Below, piece after piece: positions 1 through 10,400 of a stretch of DNA of 64,000 bases (positions are counted from its first letter, which is position 1; every line of letters begins with the position of its first letter). The notes under the pieces are model-generated. The model did not search any database and was not told the DNA's origin. It saw only the letters and a program-made list of their open reading frames with translations. Source of the stretch: a virus. Location: UHGV virus genome UHGV-0351052; one strand, written 5' to 3'. The position numbers were made by a program, and so were the translations under genes.

Positions 1-447
1 TCGTTTGGGGATACCTTATCTCATCACCCAAGAAAGCAAGAAATCCTTAATAAAATTTCAAATGCAATTAAAAATAATAATTCAAAATTATCACCAGAAG
101 AACTTAAGCAAAAACATGGTAGACCTAAAGATATCAAAGGTAAAACTATAGAAGAACACTATGGGTTAGATCGTGCTATAGAACTAAGCAAAAAGTTCCA
201 AGAAAGAAACGCTGCGCTTAATATGAAAGGCATCAATAATCCATATTATGGACAGACACATACCAATGAAGTTAGAAAACGAATTTCTGACTCACAAAGA
301 GGTAAAAAGAAACCCCATCTAAGAGTAAGTATAGATGGGGTAGAATATCCAACAATAGCAGAAGCTGTGCGTCAAACCGGAATAAGCAGAAAACTTATAT
401 CTAAAAGATGTGCTCTAGATTGTTGGGAATCATATTTATACTGCTAA
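1..447 (+). CDS. homing-endonuclease-like protein, C-terminal portion (5' end lies outside window)
   Basis: Frame 1 is open from nt 1 to the stop at 445-447. Translation shows two NUMOD3-like repeats ([14 protein letters not shown]; [20 protein letters not shown]) then an I-TevI-like helix-turn-helix tail ([28 protein letters not shown]). Antisense to td. Confidence 0.5.
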   Translation, partial: SFGDTLSHHPRKQEILNKISNAIKNNNSKLSPEELKQKHGRPKDIKGKTIEEHYGLDRAIELSKKFQERNAALNMKGINNPYYGQTHTNEVRKRISDSQRGKKKPHLRVSIDGVEYPTIAEAVRQTGISRKLISKRCALDCWESYLYC

Positions 448-681
448 AGTTCTACATTCTTCATATTGTTTTTCCGTTAAAACAGTAATATCATAATAAC
501 AGTCAGAAGAAGTTTTAACTGTAGAAATTTTATTATCAAAATACTCACGAGTCATTTTATGAGTATAATATTTTTTGCCATAAATGATAATAGGCTGATT
601 TGGTCCTGGAACTTCTAACTCGCTTGGGTTAGGAAGTGTAAAAAGAACTACACCAGAAGTATCTTTAAATCGTAAAATCAT
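436..681 (-). CDS. hypothetical protein (81 aa) immediately downstream of td
   Basis: ORF track; start overlaps td stop region. No recognisable motif; not NrdA-like. Confidence 0.35.
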   Translation of the reverse strand: MILRFKDTSGVVLFTLPNPSELEVPGPNQPIIIYGKKYYTHKMTREYFDNKISTVKTSSDCYYDITVLTEKQYEECRTLAV

Positions 682-989
682 ATTGCCATTTTCCCTTTAA
701 TTGCTGGATGCGATTCATAATTTTCAAGGATAAAATCTTTCGGTTTCATGTATTCAGTTAACCAGTAAAGCTGTGTTTCGGTGTCACAATTTCCAAACTC
801 TATAGGCCAATCAATTTTAAGTTCACACAGTTCTTTAGGCTCACGACGTAAAATTTCTTTACATTGCTCAGTATGATTCATATAGATGTGAGTATTACCG
901 CCAGAAAATATCAAATCTCCTGGGATAAGATTACACATCTTAGCTACAATATGAACTAACGCAGCGTATGATGCAATATTAAATGGTAG
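678..989 (-). CDS. td: thymidylate synthase, exon 2 (103 codons plus stop)
   Basis: Translation LPFNIASYA...[10 protein letters not shown] is the TS C-terminal half; exon begins CTACCATTT directly after intron 3' end ...CTGAACATAATG, as in T4 td. Confidence 0.9.
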   Translation of the reverse strand, partial: LPFNIASYAALVHIVAKMCNLIPGDLIFSGGNTHIYMNHTEQCKEILRREPKELCELKIDWPIEFGNCDTETQLYWLTEYMKPKDFILENYESHPAIKGKMAI

Positions 990-1435
990 CATTATGTTCA
1001 GATAAGGTCGTTAATCTTACCCCGGAATTATATCCAGCTGCATGTCACCATGCAGATCAGACTATATCTCCAACTTGTTAAAGCAAGTTGTCTATCGTTT
1101 CGAGTCACTTGACCCTACTCCCCAAAGGGATAGTCGTTAGGCATTTATGTAGAACCAATTCCATTTATCAGATTTTACACGATAAGTAACTAATCCAGAC
1201 GAAATTTTAAAATGCCTCTTCCATCTCTTTTCAAAATCTTTAGCACTTCCTACATATACTTTATTGTTTAAAGTATTTTTAATCTGATAAATTCCGCTTT
1301 TCATAAATACCTCTTTAAATATAGAAGTATTTATGAAAGGGCAGTCCTACAATTTAGCACGGGATTGTCTACTAGAGAGGTTCCCCGTTTAGATAGATTA
1401 CAAGTATAAGTCACCTTATACTCAGGCCTCAATTA
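990..1435 (-). ncRNA. group I self-splicing intron of td, short form (446 nt) with internally deleted endonuclease ORF
   Basis: Minus-strand sequence after exon 1 (..TTGGGT) reads TAATTGAGGCCTGAGTATAAGGTGACTTATACTTGTAATCTATCTAAACGGGGAACCTCTCTAGTAGACAATCCCGTGCTAAATTGTAGGACT, matching the remembered T4 td intron 5' end; 3' end matches ...GGGGTAAGATTAACGACCTTATCTGAACATAATG. Confidence 0.8.
1137..1304 (-). pseudogene. I-TevI homing endonuclease remnant (55 codons; N-terminal 33 aa fused in frame to C-terminal 22 aa)
   Basis: Encodes MKSGIYQIKNTLNNKVYVGSAKDFEKRWKRHFK-ISSGLVTYRVKSDKWNWFYINA; T4 I-TevI is 245 aa with these same termini. The GIY-YIG catalytic domain is truncated and the DNA-binding domain is mostly gone. 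Confidence 0.7.
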
Positions 1436-2807
<1,372 letters not shown>

Positions 2808-2817
2808 ATTATTTTCC

Positions 2818-3117
2818 TTAAACAGACTTTTTCACAATTTTCCAATCAGCTTTAAACTGTTCAACGTCAGAATGGTAAATCCAGAATCCTGCGCTTTCTC
2901 CGTCTTCATAAAGCGGACACCCATCGCATTCATCTTCCCATCCCATGCCACGTAAAAGGTGTTCAGCTTTTTCAACAAGTTCAGAATCTTTACCGATGAT
3001 ATTAAAATACCATTTACCTCTAACTTCCGAATCTTTGATGCTCTGACGTTGTAATCTCATTTTATTCTCCTTAGTTGATAAGGCTATAGTATCACTACCA
3101 TAGCCTGTTGTAAACAA
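2818..3117 (-). CDS. hypothetical protein (99 aa)
   Basis: ORF track; 32-frd interval. Confidence 0.5.
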   Translation of the reverse strand: MFTTGYGSDTIALSTKENKMRLQRQSIKDSEVRGKWYFNIIGKDSELVEKAEHLLRGMGWEDECDGCPLYEDGESAGFWIYHSDVEQFKADWKIVKKSV

Positions 3118-3378
3118 TTATTTTTGAATTTTATCGAGCCACTTACCGAGCTTAATCATTTCTTTAGTAGCCTTTTCCATACTTCTGAACTTAACCAATA
3201 GAGGATAGGTATCGACACCCATAACTAAATTGGTTACAAGACTGTGTTCACCCACAAGCCATAACGAATACGTTTGAATATCGAGCCCGTAATTTCTGTC
3301 TTTATGGACCCGTACACCCATCACTTCAAATTTCTCACTAGCTTTTTCTACCGCATCCAGGAAATCATCTTTAGTCAT
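3118..3378 (-). CDS. hypothetical protein (86 aa; start moved to ATG at 3378)
   Basis: ATG at 3378 sits in a TAATATG junction with the upstream stop; ORF-track start is upstream and overlaps. Confidence 0.45.
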   Translation of the reverse strand: MTKDDFLDAVEKASEKFEVMGVRVHKDRNYGLDIQTYSLWLVGEHSLVTNLVMGVDTYPLLVKFRSMEKATKEMIKLGKWLDKIQK

Positions 3379-3379
3379 A

Positions 3380-3766
3380 TTAGGCCTTAAAAGTTTTTCG
3401 CAAAAGTTCAATGATTTCGTCTACATTGTTTTCATCTACAATGCAGTGAATTTTTGTTACGCCAGAAACTATACCTTCATTAGCGGATTGAGGCTTTTCT
3501 AAAGTTACCTCAGTAAAGTATTTGAATTCTTCAGGGTAAATCTCAAAATACGTCTCAAGTGGGCCACCCGCCATGTATTCAGTGCCATCTTCCATAGTTA
3601 CACGTACCACACATTCACCAGCACAATCATCACTTTCCATTTCATCTACAACAAAACTAGGTCCATGCTTCTCTATTAAATTTAGCATCATCACATTGCA
3701 ACGGCACTCGTTAGCAAAGTCATTTTTAAATAAAGGGTTAATGATATAAGTTTTTCCGATTTTCAT
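3380..3766 (-). CDS. hypothetical protein (128 aa)
   Basis: ORF track; 32-frd interval. Confidence 0.5.
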   Translation of the reverse strand: MKIGKTYIINPLFKNDFANECRCNVMMLNLIEKHGPSFVVDEMESDDCAGECVVRVTMEDGTEYMAGGPLETYFEIYPEEFKYFTEVTLEKPQSANEGIVSGVTKIHCIVDENNVDEIIELLRKTFKA

Positions 3767-3810
3767 TTATTTTCTCTCATTTTGATAGGGGCTTAATAGC
3801 CCCTTGATAA

Positions 3811-4038
3811 TTATTGTTCAATCAGTCCCATGTAAAATTCTGCGTCTTCAGAATCCATGCCATCACAATATTCATTAGCCATAAAGCGGGTAAGGTCTTC
3901 AAGAGGACCTTCAATAACGATTTGAATACTCCAAAACTTAGAATCTTGCACGCTTGTGATACTAAGTTCAGGATAACGATTACGAATAATCTCTTCAATA
4001 TATTCAAAATCAACGATGTCAATATCAACTTTAGCCAT
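3811..4038 (-). CDS. hypothetical protein (75 aa; start at ATG 4038 MAKVDIDIV...)
   Basis: GAGGAAAATAATATG ribosome site; the ORF-track N-terminal extension runs through the promoter block. Confidence 0.45.
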   Translation of the reverse strand: MAKVDIDIVDFEYIEEIIRNRYPELSITSVQDSKFWSIQIVIEGPLEDLTRFMANEYCDGMDSEDAEFYMGLIEQ

Positions 4039-4077
4039 ATTATTTTCCTCTCTAATCATCAGCAGTATTGCCGATAG

Positions 4078-4132
4078 TTGTATAGTACCATGGAAGAACA
4101 AGGATGTAAACAGTTTTGTGAAAAAATTTTTG
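4078..4132 (-). promoter_or_regulatory. T4-type early (sigma70) promoter block, copy 1
   Basis: Minus strand reads AAAATTTTTTCACAAAACTGTTTACATCCTTGTTCTTCCATGGTACTATACAA: GTTTACA -35-like, about 17-nt spacer, TGGTACTAT extended -10-like. One of six near-identical copies. Confidence 0.5.
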
Positions 4133-4161
4133 AAATAAAAAAGGGGACCTCTAGGGTCCCC
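4131..4161 (-). terminator. intrinsic terminator hairpin downstream of gene 32
   Basis: GGGGACC-TCTA-GGGTCCCC stem-loop followed by a T-run on the minus strand. Confidence 0.5.
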
Positions 4162-4183
4162 AATTAATTAGTAATATAATCTA

Positions 4184-5092
4184 TTAAAGGTCATTCAAAA
4201 GGTCATCCAGGTCCGTGTCATCAGCACTAGATGAACTGCCAGAGCTTGAGCTCATAAAATCATCTTCAGTTTTTGTTTTGAAGTCATCAACATTGAATGC
4301 ATCCAAATCATCAGCAACTTTATCAGCTTTCTTAGCAGCAGTCGCTGCGGCACCACCCATAGCAGCAGTTCCCATAACTTGACTGAACTTAGTGCTCAGT
4401 TCTTCAAATGATTTGAATTTATCTTTAGAAGTCATTTCAGAAAGGTCAACCATTTGTTCGAACAGTTCTTTCTGGAAAGATTCATCATCAATGTTTGGAA
4501 TCGCAGATTGATTCAGGAATTTAGATTCATCGTAGTTACTAAATCCAGAAACCTGTTTAACTTTCAGTACAAAGTTAGCACCTTCCCACGGACAAGTTAC
4601 ATCAACCGGAGTTTCACCCATTTCAACATCAACTGCAATCATTGCATTGATTTTATCCCAGATTTTCTTACCGAAACGATATTTAAATACTTTACCTTCG
4701 TTTTCTGGAGCAGCTGGGTCTTTTACTACAAGAATGTTAGCCCAATAAGAAGTTTTACGTTTAACAAGACTGTACTCTTTATTGTCAGTGTTGTACAGAT
4801 CATTTTTACTGATGTACTGACATACTGGACAAGAATCGTAATCACCGTGGGTAGATGAACAGTTTTCAATATACCATTTACCATTTTTCTTGAAGCCGTG
4901 ATTTACAAGAATTGCGAATGGTGCTTGTTCATCATTTTTAGACGGAAGAAAACGAATTACTGCTTGACCGTTACCCGCATTATCGAGTTTCAGTTTCCAC
5001 TCGCCTTTATCTTCAGAAGAAAAACCACCTTTATTTCCAGCCAGTTTAGCCATTTGTGCAGCGAGTTCAGCAGTAGATTTACGTTTAAACAT
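4184..5092 (-). CDS. 32: single-stranded DNA-binding protein gp32 (302 aa)
   Basis: Near-identical to remembered T4 gp32 ([50 protein letters not shown]...), acidic C-terminal tail. Confidence 0.95.
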   Translation of the reverse strand: MFKRKSTAELAAQMAKLAGNKGGFSSEDKGEWKLKLDNAGNGQAVIRFLPSKNDEQAPFAILVNHGFKKNGKWYIENCSSTHGDYDSCPVCQYISKNDLYNTDNKEYSLVKRKTSYWANILVVKDPAAPENEGKVFKYRFGKKIWDKINAMIAVDVEMGETPVDVTCPWEGANFVLKVKQVSGFSNYDESKFLNQSAIPNIDDESFQKELFEQMVDLSEMTSKDKFKSFEELSTKFSQVMGTAAMGGAAATAAKKADKVADDLDAFNVDDFKTKTEDDFMSSSSGSSSSADDTDLDDLLNDL

Positions 5093-5170
5093 TTTTATTT
5101 CCTTTTTAATTTAATTTAATTTAATTTAATTAACAGTTGGTGCTATGACGATGTATGACCTCATAGCTGG
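5093..5170 (-). promoter_or_regulatory. gene 32 translational autoregulatory operator (pseudoknot plus (UUAAA)n tract)
   Basis: Minus strand upstream of the 32 ATG: GCTATGAGGTCATACATCGTCATAGCACCAACTGTT then AATTAAATTAAATTAAATTAAATTAAAAAGG; seen on the plus strand as (TTAAT)n at about 5106-5131. Confidence 0.6.
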
Positions 5171-5206
5171 TCAGTGAGATAATTATAATCTATTTATAAT
5201 AAGCAA

Positions 5207-5860
5207 TTAATATTTGCAAGATTTCACAGTTTCAATGAAAACATTTTTAGCTTTCTGTGAATCAATATTTAAAATTTTTCTATAAGCCTTTAACTTTATA
5301 GAATAATTATTCCAGACTAAATTATCAGTCTGTTCATCATGTTTATCAATTATATTTAAAAACGAATCAAGCAAGATAAACGTCTCAAACGAAATTATGT
5401 TCGATTGCAGAAGTTTAAAAATATAACTTGACTGAACCTTTGGATTATATTCAAAGATTTCTTTAAAAGCAGAAACTTCAACTTTCTTACTAAAATAATA
5501 AATGTTGCGAATATCTTCTTCAAACTTAAATTTAATTTGCTTTAAGCGTCCGATATATTCACGATAAAACACAAGTGCATCAGCGTCAGAGATGTCACCA
5601 ATCCAAGCATCTTGGTTAGCAACCAAATTGCTTATAAAGATTAAAGCAAGTTCCTTTAATTTATATTTTTCTGATAACTTCTGGAAAAAATACTTATCCC
5701 TTCGCTTTTGATAAGCGGCATCAGACACCCGCATGCACCAATTATACTTAATAACATCATACTTTCCATTCATATGTTGTTTTATCATTAAGTATAATTT
5801 ATAAACTGATTTACCATCAATGTATCTTTCACCACCAGCAGGCATGCGGAGTTTAATCAT
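5207..5860 (-). CDS. 59: helicase loader gp59 (217 aa)
   Basis: Sequence and length match remembered T4 gp59. Confidence 0.9.
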   Translation of the reverse strand: MIKLRMPAGGERYIDGKSVYKLYLMIKQHMNGKYDVIKYNWCMRVSDAAYQKRRDKYFFQKLSEKYKLKELALIFISNLVANQDAWIGDISDADALVFYREYIGRLKQIKFKFEEDIRNIYYFSKKVEVSAFKEIFEYNPKVQSSYIFKLLQSNIISFETFILLDSFLNIIDKHDEQTDNLVWNNYSIKLKAYRKILNIDSQKAKNVFIETVKSCKY

Positions 5861-6195
5861 AGCAGAAAATCTAATGTATTAGTTTTTTCACAACGAACAA
5901 CAGAAGGACGTAAAAGATTTTCGTCAATGGCTTCTGACTGAATTTTTTCAATTATACCCGAAGGAATAAATTTAGCAAATTGAGTTTCAGGAATAGAATT
6001 TTCTTCTAAGAATGCTGTTGTAGCTTCAAGATAACTCATTCCAAACTCTTCTACCATTTTTTCAATAATAAATCCATTTTCTTGACGATCAAGAAGCTTT
6101 GCTATTTCATCCTTTTCTTTCTTAATTGAAAGTTCTTTTTCTGAAAGACCGGTCTCATCGACCGGACGAATATCATTTAGAGAAAACTGTGTCAT
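5857..6195 (-). CDS. 33: late transcription co-activator gp33 (112 aa; start at ATG 6195 MTQFSLND...)
   Basis: ORF-track start at 6204 is a TTG; ATG at 6195 gives the T4-length product. Confidence 0.75.
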   Translation of the reverse strand: MTQFSLNDIRPVDETGLSEKELSIKKEKDEIAKLLDRQENGFIIEKMVEEFGMSYLEATTAFLEENSIPETQFAKFIPSGIIEKIQSEAIDENLLRPSVVRCEKTNTLDFLL

Positions 6196-6442
6196 AAAGT
6201 TCAACTACCTCTTCAGTTTCAGCTTCAAACACATCACGGTTATCTTTATGATACAAAGCTAATAGACGATTAAACATCTTACCATCAACGCCAAGTTCAT
6301 CTTTGGCACGAATTCGAATATCTTTAATCAGTTCATTATAACCGGAAATTTTCAGTTTATGATCAGATGCTTCTTTAATAAATTTAGCCAAGTCTTCGCC
6401 ATGGATAGCTTCATCAAATTCAACCATTTCTTTTTTAGCCAT
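6173..6442 (-). CDS. dsbA: DsbA, dsDNA-binding late-transcription modulator (89 aa)
   Basis: Size and position between rnh and 33 as in T4. Confidence 0.7.
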   Translation of the reverse strand: MAKKEMVEFDEAIHGEDLAKFIKEASDHKLKISGYNELIKDIRIRAKDELGVDGKMFNRLLALYHKDNRDVFEAETEEVVELYDTVFSK

Positions 6443-6450
6443 TATTCACC

Positions 6451-7368
6451 TCAAAATTCATTAATGCTATTAGTTAATTTAGAAAGACCCGCTTTTACAA
6501 AATATGAATAAATTTTGCCACGCGGTGGTAATTTATATGAATTATAGTAATTCACAATGTTTGAAGCAATATTATCAGGAATATAATCAAAATCAATTAG
6601 AACTAAATTTTCTTTATAACGATTATATTCAGATTCAGTGAGAAGCACCTTAGCTTGCTCACGGTCATTAGCAATAGCTTCAACGATTGAAGTTTTCATT
6701 GAAGGAGTTCGTTCACCTTCAACTCTGGTAAACCAAAAGTCAGATCGTACTTTAACTGAAGCAACGTTATCCTTTTTGTCGCCTTTAAGGATTTTAGTCA
6801 TACAGTCAATTTCAGCAGAACCGCTTTTAATTTTAACCCATTTCTTGTGCATCGGTGACCATTGCTTAACATTTGGGTATTTGTGAAGCTGTGTAAAGTC
6901 ACCATCCGACGAAATGATTAAAATTTTATGTCCTTCTAAAGAGAACTTTTTAACAAGAACAGCAATGTGGTCATCTGCTTCATACTTATCAATATCCATA
7001 ACAATGTATGGCATATAAGCTTTCAATTCATCTATAACTTTATGACTGGATTCAAAATAACCTTCCCAGTCCCAAGTAGATTCTTCTCGTGCTTTTCCGC
7101 GGTTTTTCTTGTAATAGTAAGCAAAATCACGACGCCAATATCCAGATTTCGCGTTATCAATACACAGCACAATTTTAGTGTATCCAAGCGTTTTTGCTTT
7201 TTTGACATTAAACTTAATTGAGTTCAATATCAAATGACGAACCATTGATAAATTAATTTTTTCTTTATCTGGGAAGTTTACTAAAGCAGTTGAAAGCGCG
7301 ATTTGACTAAAGTCAATTAAGCAGATTCCTTCTTTGTAATCTTCATCCAACATCATTTCTAAATCCAT
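6451..7368 (-). CDS. rnh: RNase H / 5'-3' exonuclease (305 aa; start at ATG 7368 MDLEMMLDEDYKEG...)
   Basis: FEN-family protein matching T4 Rnh; ORF-track start is an upstream TTG. Confidence 0.85.
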   Translation of the reverse strand: MDLEMMLDEDYKEGICLIDFSQIALSTALVNFPDKEKINLSMVRHLILNSIKFNVKKAKTLGYTKIVLCIDNAKSGYWRRDFAYYYKKNRGKAREESTWDWEGYFESSHKVIDELKAYMPYIVMDIDKYEADDHIAVLVKKFSLEGHKILIISSDGDFTQLHKYPNVKQWSPMHKKWVKIKSGSAEIDCMTKILKGDKKDNVASVKVRSDFWFTRVEGERTPSMKTSIVEAIANDREQAKVLLTESEYNRYKENLVLIDFDYIPDNIASNIVNYYNSYKLPPRGKIYSYFVKAGLSKLTNSINEF

Positions 7369-7428
7369 ATGAACCTCGTTCAATTAGTGAGATTTCTATT
7401 ATACCATCCAAATCTTAAAGTAAATAAG

Positions 7429-7436
7429 TATAAATA
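7429..7436 (+). promoter_or_regulatory. late promoter TATAAATA for gene 34
   Basis: Exact TATAAATA 35 nt upstream of the gene 34 ATG. Confidence 0.5.
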
Positions 7437-7470
7437 CTTATTATTGAAAACACAATAGGAGCCCGGGAGA

Positions 7471-10400
7471 ATGGCCGAGATTAAAAGAAAGTTCAGAGCA
7501 GAAGATGGTCTGGACGCAGGTGGTGATAAAATAATCAACGTAGCTTTAGCTGATCGTACCGTAGGAACTGACGGTGTTAACGTTGATTACTTAATTCAAG
7601 AAAACACAGTTCAACAATATGATCCAACTCGTGGATATTTAAAAGATTTTGTAATCATTTATAATAATCGTTTTTGGGCAGCAACGGATGATATTCCAAA
7701 ACCTGCTGGAAATTTTAATAGAATTCGTTGGAAAGCATTACGTACTGATGCTGTATATACAACCGTATCATCTGGACCATATCAATTAAAATCCGGAGAA
7801 GCAATTTCAGTAGATACATCAGTTGGCAATGACATTGAGTTTAATTTACCACCTTCTCCTCTTGATGGAGAAACCGTAATAATTCAAGATATTGGTGGAA
7901 AACCTGGTATAAATCAGGTTAAAATAAATTCTTCAAATCAGAGTATTGTTAATTTTAGAGGTGAACAGGTACGTTCAGTTCTAATGACTCATCCAAAGTC
8001 ACAAATGATATTCATTTTTAATAATCGTTTGTGGCAAATGTATGTTGCTGATTATAGCAGAGAAGCTGCGATTGTTACTCCATCGACTGCATATCAAGCA
8101 CAATCTAATGATTTTATCGTGCGTAGATTTACTTCTGCTTCAGCAATTAATATTAAACTTCCAAGATTTGCTAATCATGGCGATATTATTAATTTCGTTG
8201 ATTTGGATAAATTAAATCCTCTTTATCACACAATTGTTACTACATATGATGAAACAACTTCAGTACAAGAAGTTGGAACTCATTCCATTGAAGGTCGTAC
8301 ATCGATTGACGGTTTCTTGATGTTTGATGATAATGAGAAATTGTGGAGATTGTTTGACGGGGATAGTAAAGCACGTTTACGCATTATAACAACTAATTCT
8401 AATATTCGTCCAAATGAAGAAGTCATGGTGTTTGGTGCGAATAATGGAGCAACCCAAACAATTGAACTTCAGCTTCCGACTGATATTTCTGTTGGTGATA
8501 CTGTTAAAATTTCTATGAATTACATGAGAAAAGGACAAACAGTTAAAATCAAAGCTGCAGGTGAAGATAAAATTGCTTCCTCAGTTCAATTGCTGCAATT
8601 CCCAAAACGTTCAGAATATCCACCTGAAGCTGAGTGGGTTACAGTTCAAGAATTAGTTTTTAACGGTGAAACTAATTATGTTCCAGTTTTGGAGCTTGCT
8701 TATATAGAAGATTCTGATGGAAAATATTGGGTTGTACAGCAAAACGTTCCAACCGTAGAAAGAGTAGATTCTTTAAATGATTCTACTAGAGCAAGATTAG
8801 GCGTAATTGCTTTAGCTACACAAGCTCAAGCTAACGTCGATTTAGAAAATTCTCCACAAAAAGAATTAGCAATTACTCCAGAAACATTAGCTAACCGTAC
8901 TGCTACAGAAACTCGTAGAGGTATCGCAAGAATAGCAACTACTGCTCAAGTAAATCAGAACACTACATTCTCTTTTGCTGATGACCTTATCATCACTCCT
9001 AAAAAACTGAATGAAAGAACTGCCACAGAAACTCGTAGAGGCGTTGCTGAAATTGCCACACAGCAAGAAACTAACGCAGGTACTGATGATACTGCAATCA
9101 TCACTCCTAAAAAGCTTCAAGCTCGACAAGGTTCTGAATCATTATCGGGTATTGTAACCTTTGTATCTACCGCAGGAGCTACTCCAGCTTCTAGTCGTGA
9201 ATTAAATGGTACAAACGTTTATAATAAAAACACTAATAATTTAGTTGTTTCGCCTAAAGCTCTGGATCAGTATAAAGCTACTCCAACACAACAAGGTGCA
9301 GTAATTTTAGCAGTTGAAAGTGAAGTAATTGCTGGGCAAAGCCAAGAAGGATGGGCAAATGCGGTTGTAACGCCAGAAACGTTACATAAAAAGACATCAA
9401 CTGATGGAAGAATTGGTTTAATTGAAATTGCTACGCAAAGTGAAGTTAATACAGGAACTGATTACACTCGTGCAGTCACTCCGAAAACTTTAAATGACCG
9501 TATAGCAACTGAAAGTTTAAGTGGTATAGCTGAAATTGCTACACAAGTTGAATTCGACGCAGGCGTCGACGATACTCGTATCTCTACACCATTAAAAATT
9601 AAAACCAGATTTAATAGTACTGATCGTACTTCTGTTGTTGCTCTATCTGGATTAGTTGAATCAGGAACTCTCTGGGACCATTATACCCTTAATATTCTTG
9701 AAGCAAACGAGGCACAACGTGGTACACTTCGTGTAGCTACACAAGTTGAAGCTGCTGCAGGAACATTAGATAATGTTTTGATAACTCCTAAAAAGCTTTT
9801 AGGTACTAAATCTACTGAAGCACAAGAAGGTGTTATTAAAGTTGCAACTCAGTCTGAAACTGTGACTGGAACGTCAGCAAATACTGCTGTATCTCCAAAA
9901 AATTTAAAATGGATTGTGCAGAGTGAACCTACTTGGGCAGCAACTACTCTGATAAGAGGGTTTGTTAAAACTTCATCTGGTTCAATTACATTCGTTGGTA
10001 ATGATACCGTTGGTTCAACGCAGTCATTAGAATTATACGAGAAAAATGGTTATGCAGTATCACCATATGAATTAAATCGCGTATTAGCAAATTATTTGCC
10101 ATTAAAAGCAAAAGCTGTAGATAGTAATTTATTAGATGGTCTAGATTCGCTCCAGTTCATTCGTAGGGACATTGCACAAACAGTTAATGGTTCACTAACC
10201 TTAACCCAACAAACGAATCTGAGTGCCCCTCTTGTATCATCTAGTACTGCTACATTCGGTGGATCAGTTTCAGCAAATAGTACATTAACTATTTCTAATA
10301 CTGGAACGGCAACTCGTCTGATTTTTGAGAAAGGACCTCAAACTGGAACAAACCCGGCTCAAACGATGACTGTCAGAGTGTGGGGAAATCAATTTAGTGG

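Noticed and set aside
3814-4077. Plus-strand 87-aa ORF and overlapping minus-strand 68-aa ORF (3822-4028)
   Set aside because: Both overlap the 75-aa minus-strand gene in other frames; low-complexity translations from AT-rich sequence.
4454-5119. Plus-strand ORFs (134 aa and 73 aa) antisense to gene 32
   Set aside because: Fully embedded antisense to gp32; Phe/Ile-rich translations expected from AT-rich antisense sequence.
5103-5135. (TTAAT)n microsatellite
   Set aside because: Explained as the gp32-binding (UUAAA)n tract of the gene 32 operator rather than a slippage repeat.
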